Assembly (NCBI GenBank): GCA_965112735.1
Contig: OZ218954.1
Span: forward strand, 3,534,001-3,598,000
Reading direction: 5' to 3'
DNA from: Phaeosaccion multiseriatum
Lineage: Eukaryota > Protista > Ochrophyta, other classes
DNA length: 64,000 nt
Notes under the pieces: model-generated
The model's input: only the letters and a program-made list of their open reading frames with translations
What the model was told of the DNA's origin: nothing
Databases searched by the model: none
Part shown: positions 13,288-23,961 of the stretch, piece by piece
Layout: every line of letters begins with the position of its first letter
Numbering within the stretch: position 1 is the first letter of the stretch
Position numbers and translations under genes: made by a program

Positions 13288-13610
13288 TTAATGGATTAAT
13301 CGCCAAACGGCCTAAAAGTAAAGTAAGCAGTTCGGGTTTCCGCTTGGTTTTCCTTGGGTTGGGTTTGGGGCTGTGGCTCACACACACAGAGCAAAGAATA
13401 ACAGGGGACTGCCTCGCTGGCACTTGCGGGGAAGATAATAGAACTCGGGAGGATCAGTACGACCGCACCGAAGGAGGAGGGAGTGGCGGGCAGCAGTGAG
13501 GGAGAGCGGAGGCAGAAAGAGCGAAAGGAAAAGCCTGCTGAGTGAGCTTCCGAAGCTTGAGGCTTCTTCTGGGGCGACTACAGCGCTTACTGTGTGTGTG
13601 TGGCTGAGCC

Positions 13611-16369
13611 ATGGCTCCCAACAAGCGTACGAAGGGACAGGATCGCGACAAGTACTACTACCTGGCTAAAGACCAAGGCTACCGAGCGCGATCGGCGTTC
13701 AAGCTCATTGAGGTACGTGGAATTGCACAGCCTCTTCACAGGGAAGGAAGGGCACAGATGGAGCTATACAGGGAGGACAGAGAGATGGAGAAAGGGAGAG
13801 AGAAGAGAGAGAGGGCGAGAAGGCGTATAAGGACGGCAAGAGGTGGGGAGGGAGAGAGAGAAGGGGGGGGGCCAAGGTGGAGGGAGGTGTGCAATCTCTC
13901 CCGATGAAGGCAGCAACAGATAAAGCTCTCTCCATATATCCTCGCTCTCTGAAAGACCCGCGTCTAACAAAGGTGGGGGAGGAAAAGACAGCAAAAGACC
14001 CTGCTAAAGGCAGCCACCCCCGTCCCCCTCTCGACTCCTGGCGAATGAGAGATAGAGAGAGAGAGGGAGAGAGAGAAAGAGAGAGATCACAGGAATCTTC
14101 TCGCCCTCGCGCTCATCAATGCCCCCCCCCTCCACCCCGCACACGCTCCAGATCAACAAAAAGTTCGACTTTCTAAGCAAGGCCAAGGTCTGCCTCGATC
14201 TGTGCGCCGCCCCTGGAGGATGGTGTCAAGTGGCAGAGAAGGCAATGCCCAAGGGCAGCATCGTTCTGGGTATCGATCTGCTCCCCATCCGGCCCATACA
14301 CAATGTCAAGACCATTGTGAGCGACATTACCACGGAGGAGTGTCGTGCCCTTGTGAAGCGGGAGCTCCAGACGTGGAAGGCCGATGTCGTGCTCTGTGAT
14401 GGAGCCCCCAACGTGGGCAGTGCCTACGCCAAGGACGCCTTTGTACAGAACGAGCTCGCACTCGCAGCCCTCAAGGTGGCGACTCAGCACCTGAGCCGAG
14501 GGGGCACGTTTGTGACCAAGGTGTATCGCTCTCGTGACTACAACGCACTCCTATGGGCCATTCAGCAGTTCTTTGACGAGCACCACACCGTCAAGCCCGC
14601 TTCCTCTCGGCAGCAATCCGCGGAGATCTTCCTGGTGGGGCTCAACTACAAGGCGCCAGCTGTGATTGACCCGCGTATGCTGGACCCGTCCACTGTGTTT
14701 GACACGCAGTACGCGGACGACGCAGCGGCGCACAGCGGCGTCAACATCTTCCACAAGAAGTTTGAGCAGCACAACAAGAGGCAGAGACAGGGCTATGACG
14801 AGACGTTGGGAATGGACCTCAGCAGGAAGGGCTCCGTCACGGCGTTCATCGACGCAGCAGATCCGATTCGTATGCTCACGGACTACCATGTGTTTCTCTT
14901 CACATCGGCGTGTGAGGCCATGTTTGGGGGTCATGCGGATACGACACCCAACATCAAGGAGGCGTGTGCCGACTTACGCGTGCTGGGGAAGGGGGAGTTT
15001 AAGCAGCTGCTCAAGTGGAGGCTAAAGATGGTAGCTCATGCCAAGACCGCGAGGGGGGAGGACGAGGGAGAGGAAGAGGAGGGGGAGGAGGAGGAGGAGG
15101 AGGAGGAGAAGGTGCCCTTGACGGAGGAGGAGAAAGAGGCGGCGGTGCAGGACGAGATTCGGGAACTGCGCCTCAAGCAACTGGCGGAGAAGAAGAAGGT
15201 CAAGAAGAAGGATAGGTTGAAGGCGGCCAAGCTGCGGCAGAGAGTGGCCCTCGGCATGGAGGCCAAGGGCATGGAGCTCAATGCAGAGGAGGAGAAGAGC
15301 ATCTTTAGTCTGGCGAATCTGGGCAAGGGTGGTAACTTTGACGTGGACGCGCTGCGGGAGATGAATGTGGACGATGTGGACGCGCTCAACGCGAGGTTGA
15401 CGGCCATGCAGCAGAGGGAGGGGTGGGACGACGAAGGAGAGAGGGAGGAGGAGGAGGAGGAGGAGGAGGAGAGTGAAGGTAGTGTGGTAGACTCTGATGT
15501 GGACAGCGATTTGGAGGATGCTTTGCGGTTGGAAGAGGAGCTGGAGCAGGCCTATGAGACGTACCTGACTGCCAAGGACGACGGGAGGATGAAGGGCACG
15601 AAGCTGGGGAAGCGCACCAAGCAGGCCAAGAGGGCCATGGCGGCGGAGGAGGAGATGGATGATACCATGCTGTACGACGGCGATCAGAAGCGCTACTTGG
15701 AGATACTAGCTGCTCCTAGAGGCTCGGACGCGGACGATTCAGACAGCTCGGCAGGTGGTGGTAGTGAGGATGACGACGACGATCGGGAGGGGTACGGCTT
15801 CCCGGCCAAGGTCAGCAAGACTAAAGGAAGTGGTGGTGGTATCAATAGTAGTAACGAGGGTTTGCTGACGGACTTGGTGCCCCAGGGGGAGAAGAGGAGT
15901 CATCAGGTGGATCGGTGGTTCAGTGGCGACATGTTTGACGGCGTGGAGGATGAGTTTGATGGAGCGGCAGACGCGGCAAGGAGGAGGGAGGAGGAGGTGG
16001 AGGCGGAGGAGCAGGAGGAGAGGAAGGCAAGCAAGAAGAAGAGCAAGGCGAAGGCGAGGAAGAGCAAGTTGCAGCAGGAGGAAGATGAGGAGGATGAGGA
16101 AGAGGAGGAGGACGAGGAGGATGATGATGACGACGACGACGAGGAGGAGGAGGAGGAGGATGCGCCTTCCTCGAAGAAGCGAAAGGACAATGCAGGGGGG
16201 CGGAGAGTGGATAAGGAGGAGGAGGGTGGGGGCAGAAGGAGCAAGAAGGAGCGCCGCGCGGCGGAGAAGGCCAAGCAGAAAGCCGAGCGCAACAAGCACC
16301 AGAACGGCGGAAGGTGCGGACTTGCGGGCATGTGGGACGTGCGGGTGTTTGTGCGTGTGTGTGTGTGTG

Positions 16370-16407
<38 letters not shown>

Positions 16408-18298
16408 TGTGTGTGTGTATGTCCGTGTGCTGCGTGCATGGATTTGCGTGCGTCCCTGCCTGCCTCCTTGCTTGTCTGTATTGTCGGCCTGCTTGCCTGC
16501 CTGCCTTCCTGTCTTCTCACCGTCCCCCAACCCTCCCTACCCATACACCTGCAGATCTGAAGCCGCGGCTGGCACTGGCGTGAGCGACGACGATGAAGAC
16601 ATGACCGAAGCCGCCCGAGACACGCTCTTGGTAAGTCAATGAGGCAGGCAGGCATATGGGCAGGCAGGGAAGGGAGGTACGATACGCTTTCGGGCAAGCA
16701 GCTTGCTCGCTCCGAGGGCGGGCACACCGCTGCTGAGCGGCCTAACGTACCTACCTACTGTATTAGGTAGTTGCAGTAGTAGCTGCAGCAGCAGCAGCAG
16801 CAGCATCAACAGCATGCGAGTTTCAGCGAAGTTGTCGCCCTCTCACCATGCGCTGTCTCCTCCTGTTACCCCCGCCCCTGCTGCGCGTCTTCCTCCAACC
16901 AACCCCACTACCATCCGTAGGCCATCCCCAAGACCGACAAGGAGCTGCGTAAGGAGAAGAGAAAGAAGGCCAACGACCGAAAGGACCGGAGGGAGAATCG
17001 CCGCCGTAAGGCGCTTGACGAAGACCACAAGGAGATGGAGGTGGTGGCCACAACAAGCGCGGTGGATGATGAGCTCATGGGCATGGAGCCCAAGCAAAGG
17101 GCGAGGGTGATGAAGCACAGGGAGCTGATTCGGGCGGGGATGGGGGCGGCGATCAATGGTGATGACGGGGATGATGGTGACGATGAAGGGGAGGGAGGAG
17201 GAGGAAGAGGAGGAGGTGGTGGTGGTGGTGGTGGTGGTGGTGGAAGGAAGAGGAAGAGAGTTGGGGGGGAGCAAGAAGAGAGCTTCGAGGTGGTGCAGCA
17301 GGCGACGGGAATTGCGAGCATGCTGCGAGGAGGAGGGGGAGGAGGACGGGGGGTGGGAGGAGGGGTGGGAGGCAAGGGAGGGGTGAGCGGTCTCGAAGTG
17401 ATGGACGAGAGGACCTGGGACAGCGACGAGGAGGACTACGATGATCGGTGAGTGTTTGCGTCTGAGAGAGAGGGAGAGAGGAAAGGGGGGGGGATGGAGA
17501 GAGAGAGAGGGGCGGGAGGAAGAGAGGGAGAGAGGAGAAAGAGAACGAGTAAGACGGAGAGAGCAGGTCAGCGCGTTGTGTGTGTTTGATGGTGAGGGAG
17601 GGAAGGATGAGGAGAAAAAGAAGCGTGAGCTGAGTGAATGACTGAGTGAGTGTGAGTGACTATGTGAGGGAGGGAGGGAGGGAGTGAGTGAAGGGCAAGG
17701 AAGGGGAGGGAAGGCAAGTGAGAGGATTGCATGGGCCTCCCTCTGAAAGTGACACGGTAAAGCAAGGCAAGGCCCCTGTCATGTCTGGTGCTAAACGAAC
17801 CCTTTCGCCACCACCCCCCCACCCCCGTACACACCACATTATCGTCCTCACCCCTTGGTAAATTCCACTCCACTCCACTCCACTCCACTCCACTACCCTA
17901 CTCTGTCCTACCCAACCCAACCCTACCCAACCTTACCCTACCCTACCCTACCCTACCCTCAACTCCACTCCAACAGAGACAAGGCCAAGCAAATGGCCCT
18001 GGGGATGATGATGATGAGGACGCACAGAGCCAAGCACGTGGTGGACGCCGCCTACAACCGTTACGCCTTCAACGACGACAAGAACCTTCCCGACTGGTTC
18101 CAGGACGATGAGGTGAGAGCACACACCCCAAGCCCATACGCCTCCATATACCCTGTGCCACATTGTAGCTTTAGTAGAGCCGTACACCCCACACCTAACC
18201 TTACGTATTCCATACGTACCCTATGCCATATCATGCCCATAAAGGAGTGAGAAGGAAGGACGGGACTCTAACAACACTCTAACAAAGCTCTGTTCATG

Positions 18299-18329
<31 letters not shown>

Positions 18330-18763
18330 TCCTCTCCCCTCCCGCCCCCCCCCCAGGCCAAGCACAACCGACCGCAGGTCCCCATCCCGGCCGGTGTGAT
18401 GAAGCTCATGGAGGAGAAGTTCCTCTCGCTGGCCACCAAGCCAATCAAGAAGGTAACAAGCTCACCAAGCCGTGCCCCCCCCCCTTGACCGTTGCCTTGG
18501 GCTGGTTCGTTGCTGCTTCAACTCACCCCTCTCACCCCTCTTGGCCCCTTCCCCTCCCTCTCGTCATACTTACGTACCGTTACGTACTGCCTACCCTACA
18601 CCCGCTTTTACTCTACTCCACTACCCAAGGTGGCCGAGGCCCGTGCTCGCAAGCGCAACAGAGCGGCGGTGAAGCTCAAGACGGCCAAGAAGAAGGCCAT
18701 GGCCCTGGCCAACAACCCCGACATGAGCGAGAGGGAGAAGGCCAAGGCCGTGGCGCAGGTGCG

Positions 18764-18816
<53 letters not shown>

Positions 18817-19184
18817 TGTGTATGTGTGTGTGTGTGTGTGGCGGGACAGACTCAAAATCGATGTGACCTTCTCCCTACTAATCTCTCTCCTCACTCCCTC
18901 CCTCCCCTCCCTCCCTCTTCCTCCGTCCCCTGCCCTCCCTCCCCCAGGCGCTGAGGCGAGGCGCCGCCGAGGACAAGCCCACCAAGACATACGTTGTTGC
19001 TCGCAAGAGAAACGATGGCAAGCCTGGTGCCGGCGGCACCGCGGGAGGCAAGAGCAAGGTCAAGTTTGTGGATAAGCGTATGAAGAGTGACCAGAAGGGT
19101 ATGAAGAGGGCAGACAAGAGAGCCAAGAGTGGAGGGAAGCTCAAGAAGGGGGTGAGCAAGAGCAGCAGGCGCCAGCGAAAGTAG
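13611..19184 (+). CDS. SPB1: Pre-rRNA 2'-O-ribose methyltransferase Spb1/FTSJ3, ~8 exons
   Basis: DKYYYLAKDQGYRARSAFKLIE|INKKFDFL, LDLCAAPGGW, VLCDGAPNVG, FVTKVYRS, KPASSRQQSAEIF; C-terminal DAAYNRYAFND..LPDWFQDDE, KPIKK|VAEARARK, KFVDKRMKSD; stop TAG at 19182-19184. Confidence 0.96.
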
Positions 19185-19487
19185 TAGTACGATAGATCGA
19201 TAGATGGATGGTACATGGGATGGCCGTAAGAAGGGAGGTGGGAAGAGAGGTGGTGGCAGCAAATGGCAGATGGCTGGCCCCTGGGAAGGGGTGGAGCGAT
19301 GGTCGGGGTGAGCAAGAGCAGCAGGTCGAACAACAAGGTATGGGATGGCACACGTGCTTTGGTGGCATTGGCATGGGATGGCAGCGGATGGATGGATGGC
19401 GCACCTTTAGTGAGGAAATCTGAAAGACGGGTGGGGAGGGAGGGATGGGCGATGGGAGTACAGACCAGGCCCAGCGGCCGGTACCAC

Positions 19488-19640
19488 GATATATGCTTAC
19501 ATATACCCCACCCGAGCCCGAGCCAGAGCCTAAGCACACTGTGGGAGCGAAAATTATAGAAAAGCAACTCTCTCTCTCTTTTGAAAGACTTTGGACCAGC
19601 AGCAGAGGGGAGAGCCTAACGTCCCCTCGTACATCCAATC
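19488..19640. repeat. ~150-bp direct repeat R, copy 1 of 4 (others at ~23072-23236, ~26236-26400, ~29391-29570), bounding the ankyrin-gene array
   Basis: Shared core GAGCCTAAGCACACTGTGGGAGCGAAAAT(T/A)ATAGAAAAGCAAC...GAAAGACTTTGGA(C/G)CAGCAGCAGAGGGGAGAGCCTAAC(G/C)TCCCCTCG...CCAATC. Confidence 0.85.
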
Positions 19641-19681
19641 CATTCCTCCCTCCGTCCACCAAGCCTAGTAAGTACTTCGTA

Positions 19682-20246
19682 CTGTGATTTCGCGGTTGAG
19701 TGGCACTTTTTACGCCCAATTACGCCCCATTAATTTTTTTTTACGTGATTATTTTAAGACGACATTAAGGCGAATTAAGATAAAAGGGCGTCAAAGTGCG
19801 TCAAAGGGCGTCAAAGGGCGTCAAATAGGGGGCTAAAGCGTCGTCAAACGTTCGGCCCTGGAAGAGGTTACAGTGTGCGCCGGTCATAATCAATAATCAG
19901 GCCGGCTGGCGCCAATAATCAGTAATCAGGCCGGCGAGCGCCCGTCATAATCAGTAATCAGGCCGGCTGGCGCCGGTCATAATCAGTAATCAGACCCGGC
20001 TGGCGCCGGCCATAATCAGTAATCAGGCCCGGCTGGCGCCATAATCAGTAATCAGGCCGGCTGGCGCCGGCAGTAATCAGTAATCAGGCCAGCTGCGCCG
20101 GCCGTAATCAGTAATCTGATAACCTCTTCCAGGGCCGAAAACGTCGTCAAACCTCGTAAAAAAAGTCGTCATTTGGCGTAAAAAAAAATTAATGGGGCGT
20201 AAAAGCAATTGGGCGTAAAAAGTGCCACTCAACCGCGAAATCACAG
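19682..20246. mobile_element. Non-autonomous TIR DNA transposon (MITE) with TA target duplication, Tc1/mariner-like
   Basis: Perfect 40-bp TIR CTGTGATTTCGCGGTTGAGTGGCACTTTTTACGCCCAATT (19682-19721 / 20207-20246), imperfect extension to ~70 bp, TA on both sides; subterminal AAAGGGCGTC repeats; no transposase ORF. Confidence 0.88.
19851..20139. mobile_element. Second TIR element nested inside the TA-MITE, filled with ~8 x ~31-bp tandem repeats
   Basis: 20-bp TIR TTCGGCCCTGGAAGAGGTTA / TAACCTCTTCCAGGGCCGAA, flanked by direct AACG; internal unit CATAATCAGTAATCAGGCCGGCTGGCGCCGG. Confidence 0.75.
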
Positions 20247-20797
20247 TAAATTTTTTTTTTTTTTTTGAATTTGTCTTCTGCTGTGTTTGTTGCCACAGAG
20301 CCTCCTACGCCCGCCGCTAGACCTCAACAGGAGAGGCGCACAGCTCCTGCTCCGGACCGCCGCTCTCGCCCAGCACGCTCTTCACCAGAGCTCAGTCACC
20401 TACAGGGGGGGGGGGATCCCGGCCTCATTGTTCGTGGGCACACGGACGCCACCTGCATCAGTCAGGGCATAGGCCAGCGGGGCACTCGACCAGTGCACCT
20501 TTCTGCCGCTGCCCACGGATCTCGGCGCTCCAACGCAGCCAGAGGCACGTCGGGCCGCGGACGCCACGGCTCGCGCCGCACCAGCGCCTACGTAGCCTTC
20601 ACGGCTCTTCTCGGAAGCGGGTCTTCTACTCTAGCGCGGTGTGTGAGACACAAGCGGCAAAGGTGGGCTGAATCACAGATACACAAGTAACCTGCCCTCC
20701 AAGTGGCGTAACCTGAGACACAAGCGGCGAAGGTGGGCTAAATCACAGATACACAAATCGCCTGCCCCCCATCTCACGCGGCGTAGCCTGTATAGGT

Positions 20798-22834
20798 ATG
20801 AACGATTTTGAGGAGGCGCTGGAGCGCATTCAAGAGTGGCGAGATCGGAGCGAGGGGGGGGTAGGCATTGACGAGCTTTCGCTTTTGCTGGCAGCCGTGC
20901 TTTCCACGGTCGACTTTAAGTCGCGCGCTGAGAGAGAAGGGCCATGGAAGACGAAGGGCCACACCCCCCTTCACGCGCTCGCGATGAGAGATGACGCCAT
21001 GGAGGTGCAGATGATGCGGGGAAGCGTGAAGCTGTTGAAGGATTGCGGGCTGGACATTAATGCGCAAAGAGGAGAAGAGAACTCGCGTGACGAGGGAGAG
21101 ACTCCACTGACCCTAGCGGCGTTGTATGGGCACTTTGGGTTGGTGCAGGCGCTCGTCGAGGAGGGCGCAGATGTGAACAAAAGTGATAACGAGTCCATTG
21201 TGCCCTTGGCTCAAGCTGCGGGTGGCATATTCGGGGATTCAACTTATCCCACGATCGTGGCTTACCTTTTGAAGCATGAGGCCACGGTGAAGGACAGCTT
21301 TGCCTTGAGCAGTGCCGCAGCAGCTGGTTGTCCGGAGTCAGTGAGCATGCTACTCAAGGCCGGGGCCGAGGTAGAGGAAAGACAATGGGATACCACACCA
21401 GTCCAGTCCTGCTGTGCGGGGCTGGGCTGGGGCAGCACCAGCGACAGATTGGAGGCCCTGTCCTTGCTGCTAGAGGCAGGAGCTGATTTGAACGTAAAGG
21501 ACGAGGTCGGTCGCAAGTCTCTCATGCACAGGGCCGCTTCTGCCGGGCACGGTGAACTCATCGACGACCTCTTCCGTCGAGGGCTGGCGGTGGACGCGAA
21601 GGACTCTGATCAGCGCACTCCTCTGCACTTCGCTGCTATGCACGGCAGCTCCACCTGTATGAAGGCGCTCATCCGCCTCGGTGCCTCCCTCGACGCTGTT
21701 GATTCCGATAAGAACACGCCACTCCACTTGGCTCTGCAACACGAGATGATGGACATGGCGGCCGAGCTGATCGACGCAGGATCCAACGTGAACGCCAAGC
21801 GAGACGGCAACATGGCACCCCTTCACCTGGCAGCGGCACGGGGCAGCATGAGGCTTGCGTACCTCCTGTTGGAGGCTGGGGCTGAGGTCGATGCTCTCAC
21901 TGACGGTGGGAGCAGCCCCTTGATGGTGTGCATATCTATGGCAAAGGACAACAACGTTTCAGCTCTGCTTCCGCGTGGATGGTTGTACCGGTCGAGGGAA
22001 GGCAGGAGGAAGGTGACGGCACTGCTACTAGAAGTGGGCGCTGCAGTCAGCAAGCCAGTCATGGCCTTGGTGGGCGAGAGCGATTGTGGGGATGTCGTTG
22101 CCGCATCTTTGAGCGAAGAGCGAGGGGCCCGACATGCTTCTGATCGTGTTTGCAGTACGGTGGCTCGGCATTTCTCCGGCTCTGCCTACTCTGAGGCCGC
22201 CAAGGAGGGCCGTGTGGTGAGAGTGCGCTTGGCAGACAGGGCGACGGGGGAGAGGAAGGAGACGCAGTACACACTGAGCATACCCCTGATGGAGCTGCTG
22301 ATGGGCAAGACGGGCGGCAGGCGACGAGAAGGAGGACTCTCTGACGCCTCGGACAGAGACGACACGGCCACAGGCAGTTTTCGCACCATGCTGGACCCGG
22401 CGGGGCGTGGCTTCATGGGCATCAAGGGCAAGGCCAAGGACGAGGTGGAGGTGACATTTGACGGAGTGGACTTTACCGAGGAGGGCTTTGCAGCTGTGGT
22501 GCAGTTCGTCACGACGGGTAGCGTCAAGAGCCTGCTTACCCGAGGGAGCCATGGGCCGATGAGCAGTAGCAGCAGCTCCGAGACGGTCGGCGGCGGTGAC
22601 GGAAGAGACGATGGGAGTAGAAGTGAGGCAGCAGGAGGGAGGAAGAGGCACCGCGTGAAGCTGTTTGACGAGGTGAAGGCTCAGCAGGCTGTGCAGGCAG
22701 CGGGCTTCTTCTGCATCGAGGCCATGTCGAGGGAGGTGAAGGCGCTCATCACTCTGTACGGCTTCGAGCTGGCCAAGGGGGGGGAGGAAGAGGAGCCACC
22801 GAGGAAGCGAAGCAGAGAAGGCCTCCAATCGTAG
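20798..22834 (+). CDS. Intronless ankyrin-repeat (~10 repeats) protein with C-terminal BTB/POZ-like domain and NLS-like tail, copy 1 (678 aa)
   Basis: TPLTLAA/TPLHFAA/TPLHLAL/APLHLAA...GADVN ankyrin consensus; BTB-like FRTML...GF...EVTFDGVD..EGFAAVVQFVTTG....QAAGFFCIEAMSREV; tail PPRKRSR. Ankyrin call is firm; BTB call is by-eye motif recognition. Confidence 0.88.
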   Translation: MNDFEEALERIQEWRDRSEGGVGIDELSLLLAAVLSTVDFKSRAEREGPWKTKGHTPLHALAMRDDAMEVQMMRGSVKLLKDCGLDINAQRGEENSRDEGETPLTLAALYGHFGLVQALVEEGADVNKSDNESIVPLAQAAGGIFGDSTYPTIVAYLLKHEATVKDSFALSSAAAAGCPESVSMLLKAGAEVEERQWDTTPVQSCCAGLGWGSTSDRLEALSLLLEAGADLNVKDEVGRKSLMHRAASAGHGELIDDLFRRGLAVDAKDSDQRTPLHFAAMHGSSTCMKALIRLGASLDAVDSDKNTPLHLALQHEMMDMAAELIDAGSNVNAKRDGNMAPLHLAAARGSMRLAYLLLEAGAEVDALTDGGSSPLMVCISMAKDNNVSALLPRGWLYRSREGRRKVTALLLEVGAAVSKPVMALVGESDCGDVVAASLSEERGARHASDRVCSTVARHFSGSAYSEAAKEGRVVRVRLADRATGERKETQYTLSIPLMELLMGKTGGRRREGGLSDASDRDDTATGSFRTMLDPAGRGFMGIKGKAKDEVEVTFDGVDFTEEGFAAVVQFVTTGSVKSLLTRGSHGPMSSSSSSETVGGGDGRDDGSRSEAAGGRKRHRVKLFDEVKAQQAVQAAGFFCIEAMSREVKALITLYGFELAKGGEEEEPPRKRSREGLQS

Positions 22835-23236
22835 CTCTGTGACCCTTTCCTCTCCAGCCGAGAGGAGTAGGGGAGCAGTGCTTTCCAGCCCTGACAGCCA
22901 ACACCATCAATGCTGTAACTGTATTCTGAGACGCCATCCAGGAGGACGGGTGACTGACTGAGCTGTTTGTTTTCGTGGTGCAAGCAAACGAATCAGGCCC
23001 GACAAGAGAAATACATTCATCACGAAGCCGTCCGAAGAGGAAGGGCAAGAGAGAAGAGGAAGAGGTCCATTGATATGTATGCGTGCGTACGCTTACGTAT
23101 ACCCCACCCAACCCCGAGCCCGAGCCTAAGCACACTGTGGGAGCGAAAATAATAGAAAAGCAACTCGAGACCCCCTTCGAAAGACTTTGGAGCAGCAGCA
23201 GAGGGGAGAGCCTAACCTCCCCTCGCACCTCCAATC

Positions 23237-23345
23237 TCAACCCCTGATACACTACACTATCCGCTATCCGCTATCGCCGGCGCCAGCCGGCGCGCTATCC
23301 CGCGGGTGCCATGTAGCGCGGTAGCTGCCCAAAAGTAAAAAAACT
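23237..23345. mobile_element. Transposon left-end fragment related to the 13197 TTAA-MITE, heading array unit 2 (same at 26401 for unit 3)
   Basis: TCAACCCCTGATACACTA (18 nt identical to the 13197 TIR) immediately after repeat R, followed by CTATCCGC and GCGCGCTATC motifs also present in that MITE. No matching right TIR seen; right boundary uncertain. Confidence 0.6.
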
Positions 23346-23961
23346 CTTTGACCCACCAATTTTTTTTTTTTGAATTTGTCTTGGTAGTAAGTACTAGTAT
23401 CTTCCTCCGGCAACGGCAGCTCCCCCACCACTACCTCTGTCCCCCCCTCTGCTGTGTTTGTTGCCACAGAGCCTCCTACGCCCGCCGCTAGACCTCAACA
23501 GGAGAGGCGCACAGCTCCTGCTCCGGACCGCCGCTCTCGCCCAGCACGCTCTTCACCAGAGCTCAGTCACCCCTAAGGGGGGGTGGATAAATTGTTCGTG
23601 GGCACACGGACGCCACCTGCATCAGTCAGGGCATAGGCCAGCGGGGCACTCGACCAGTGCACCTTTCTGCCGCTGCCCACGGATCTCGGCGCTCCAACGC
23701 AGCCAGAGGCACGTCGGGCCGCGGACGCCACGGCTCGCGCCGCACCAGCGCCTACGTAGCCTTCACGGCTCTTCTCGGAAGCGGGTCTTCTACTCTAGCG
23801 CGGTGTGTGAGACACAAGCGGCAAAGGTGGGCTGAATCACAGATACACAAGTAACCTGCCCTCCAAGTGGCGTAACCTGAGACACAAGCGGCAAAGGTGG
23901 GCTAAATCACAGATACACAAATCGCCTGCCCCCCATCTCACGCGGCGTAACCTGTATAGGT

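Noticed and set aside
19878-20117. CRISPR-like ~31-bp repeats
   Set aside because: Head-to-tail repeats without spacers, located inside a TIR element.
22028-22828. Antisense ORFs overlapping the ANK-BTB genes
   Set aside because: Shadow frames of GC-rich coding sequence; their lengths and stops differ between paralogues.
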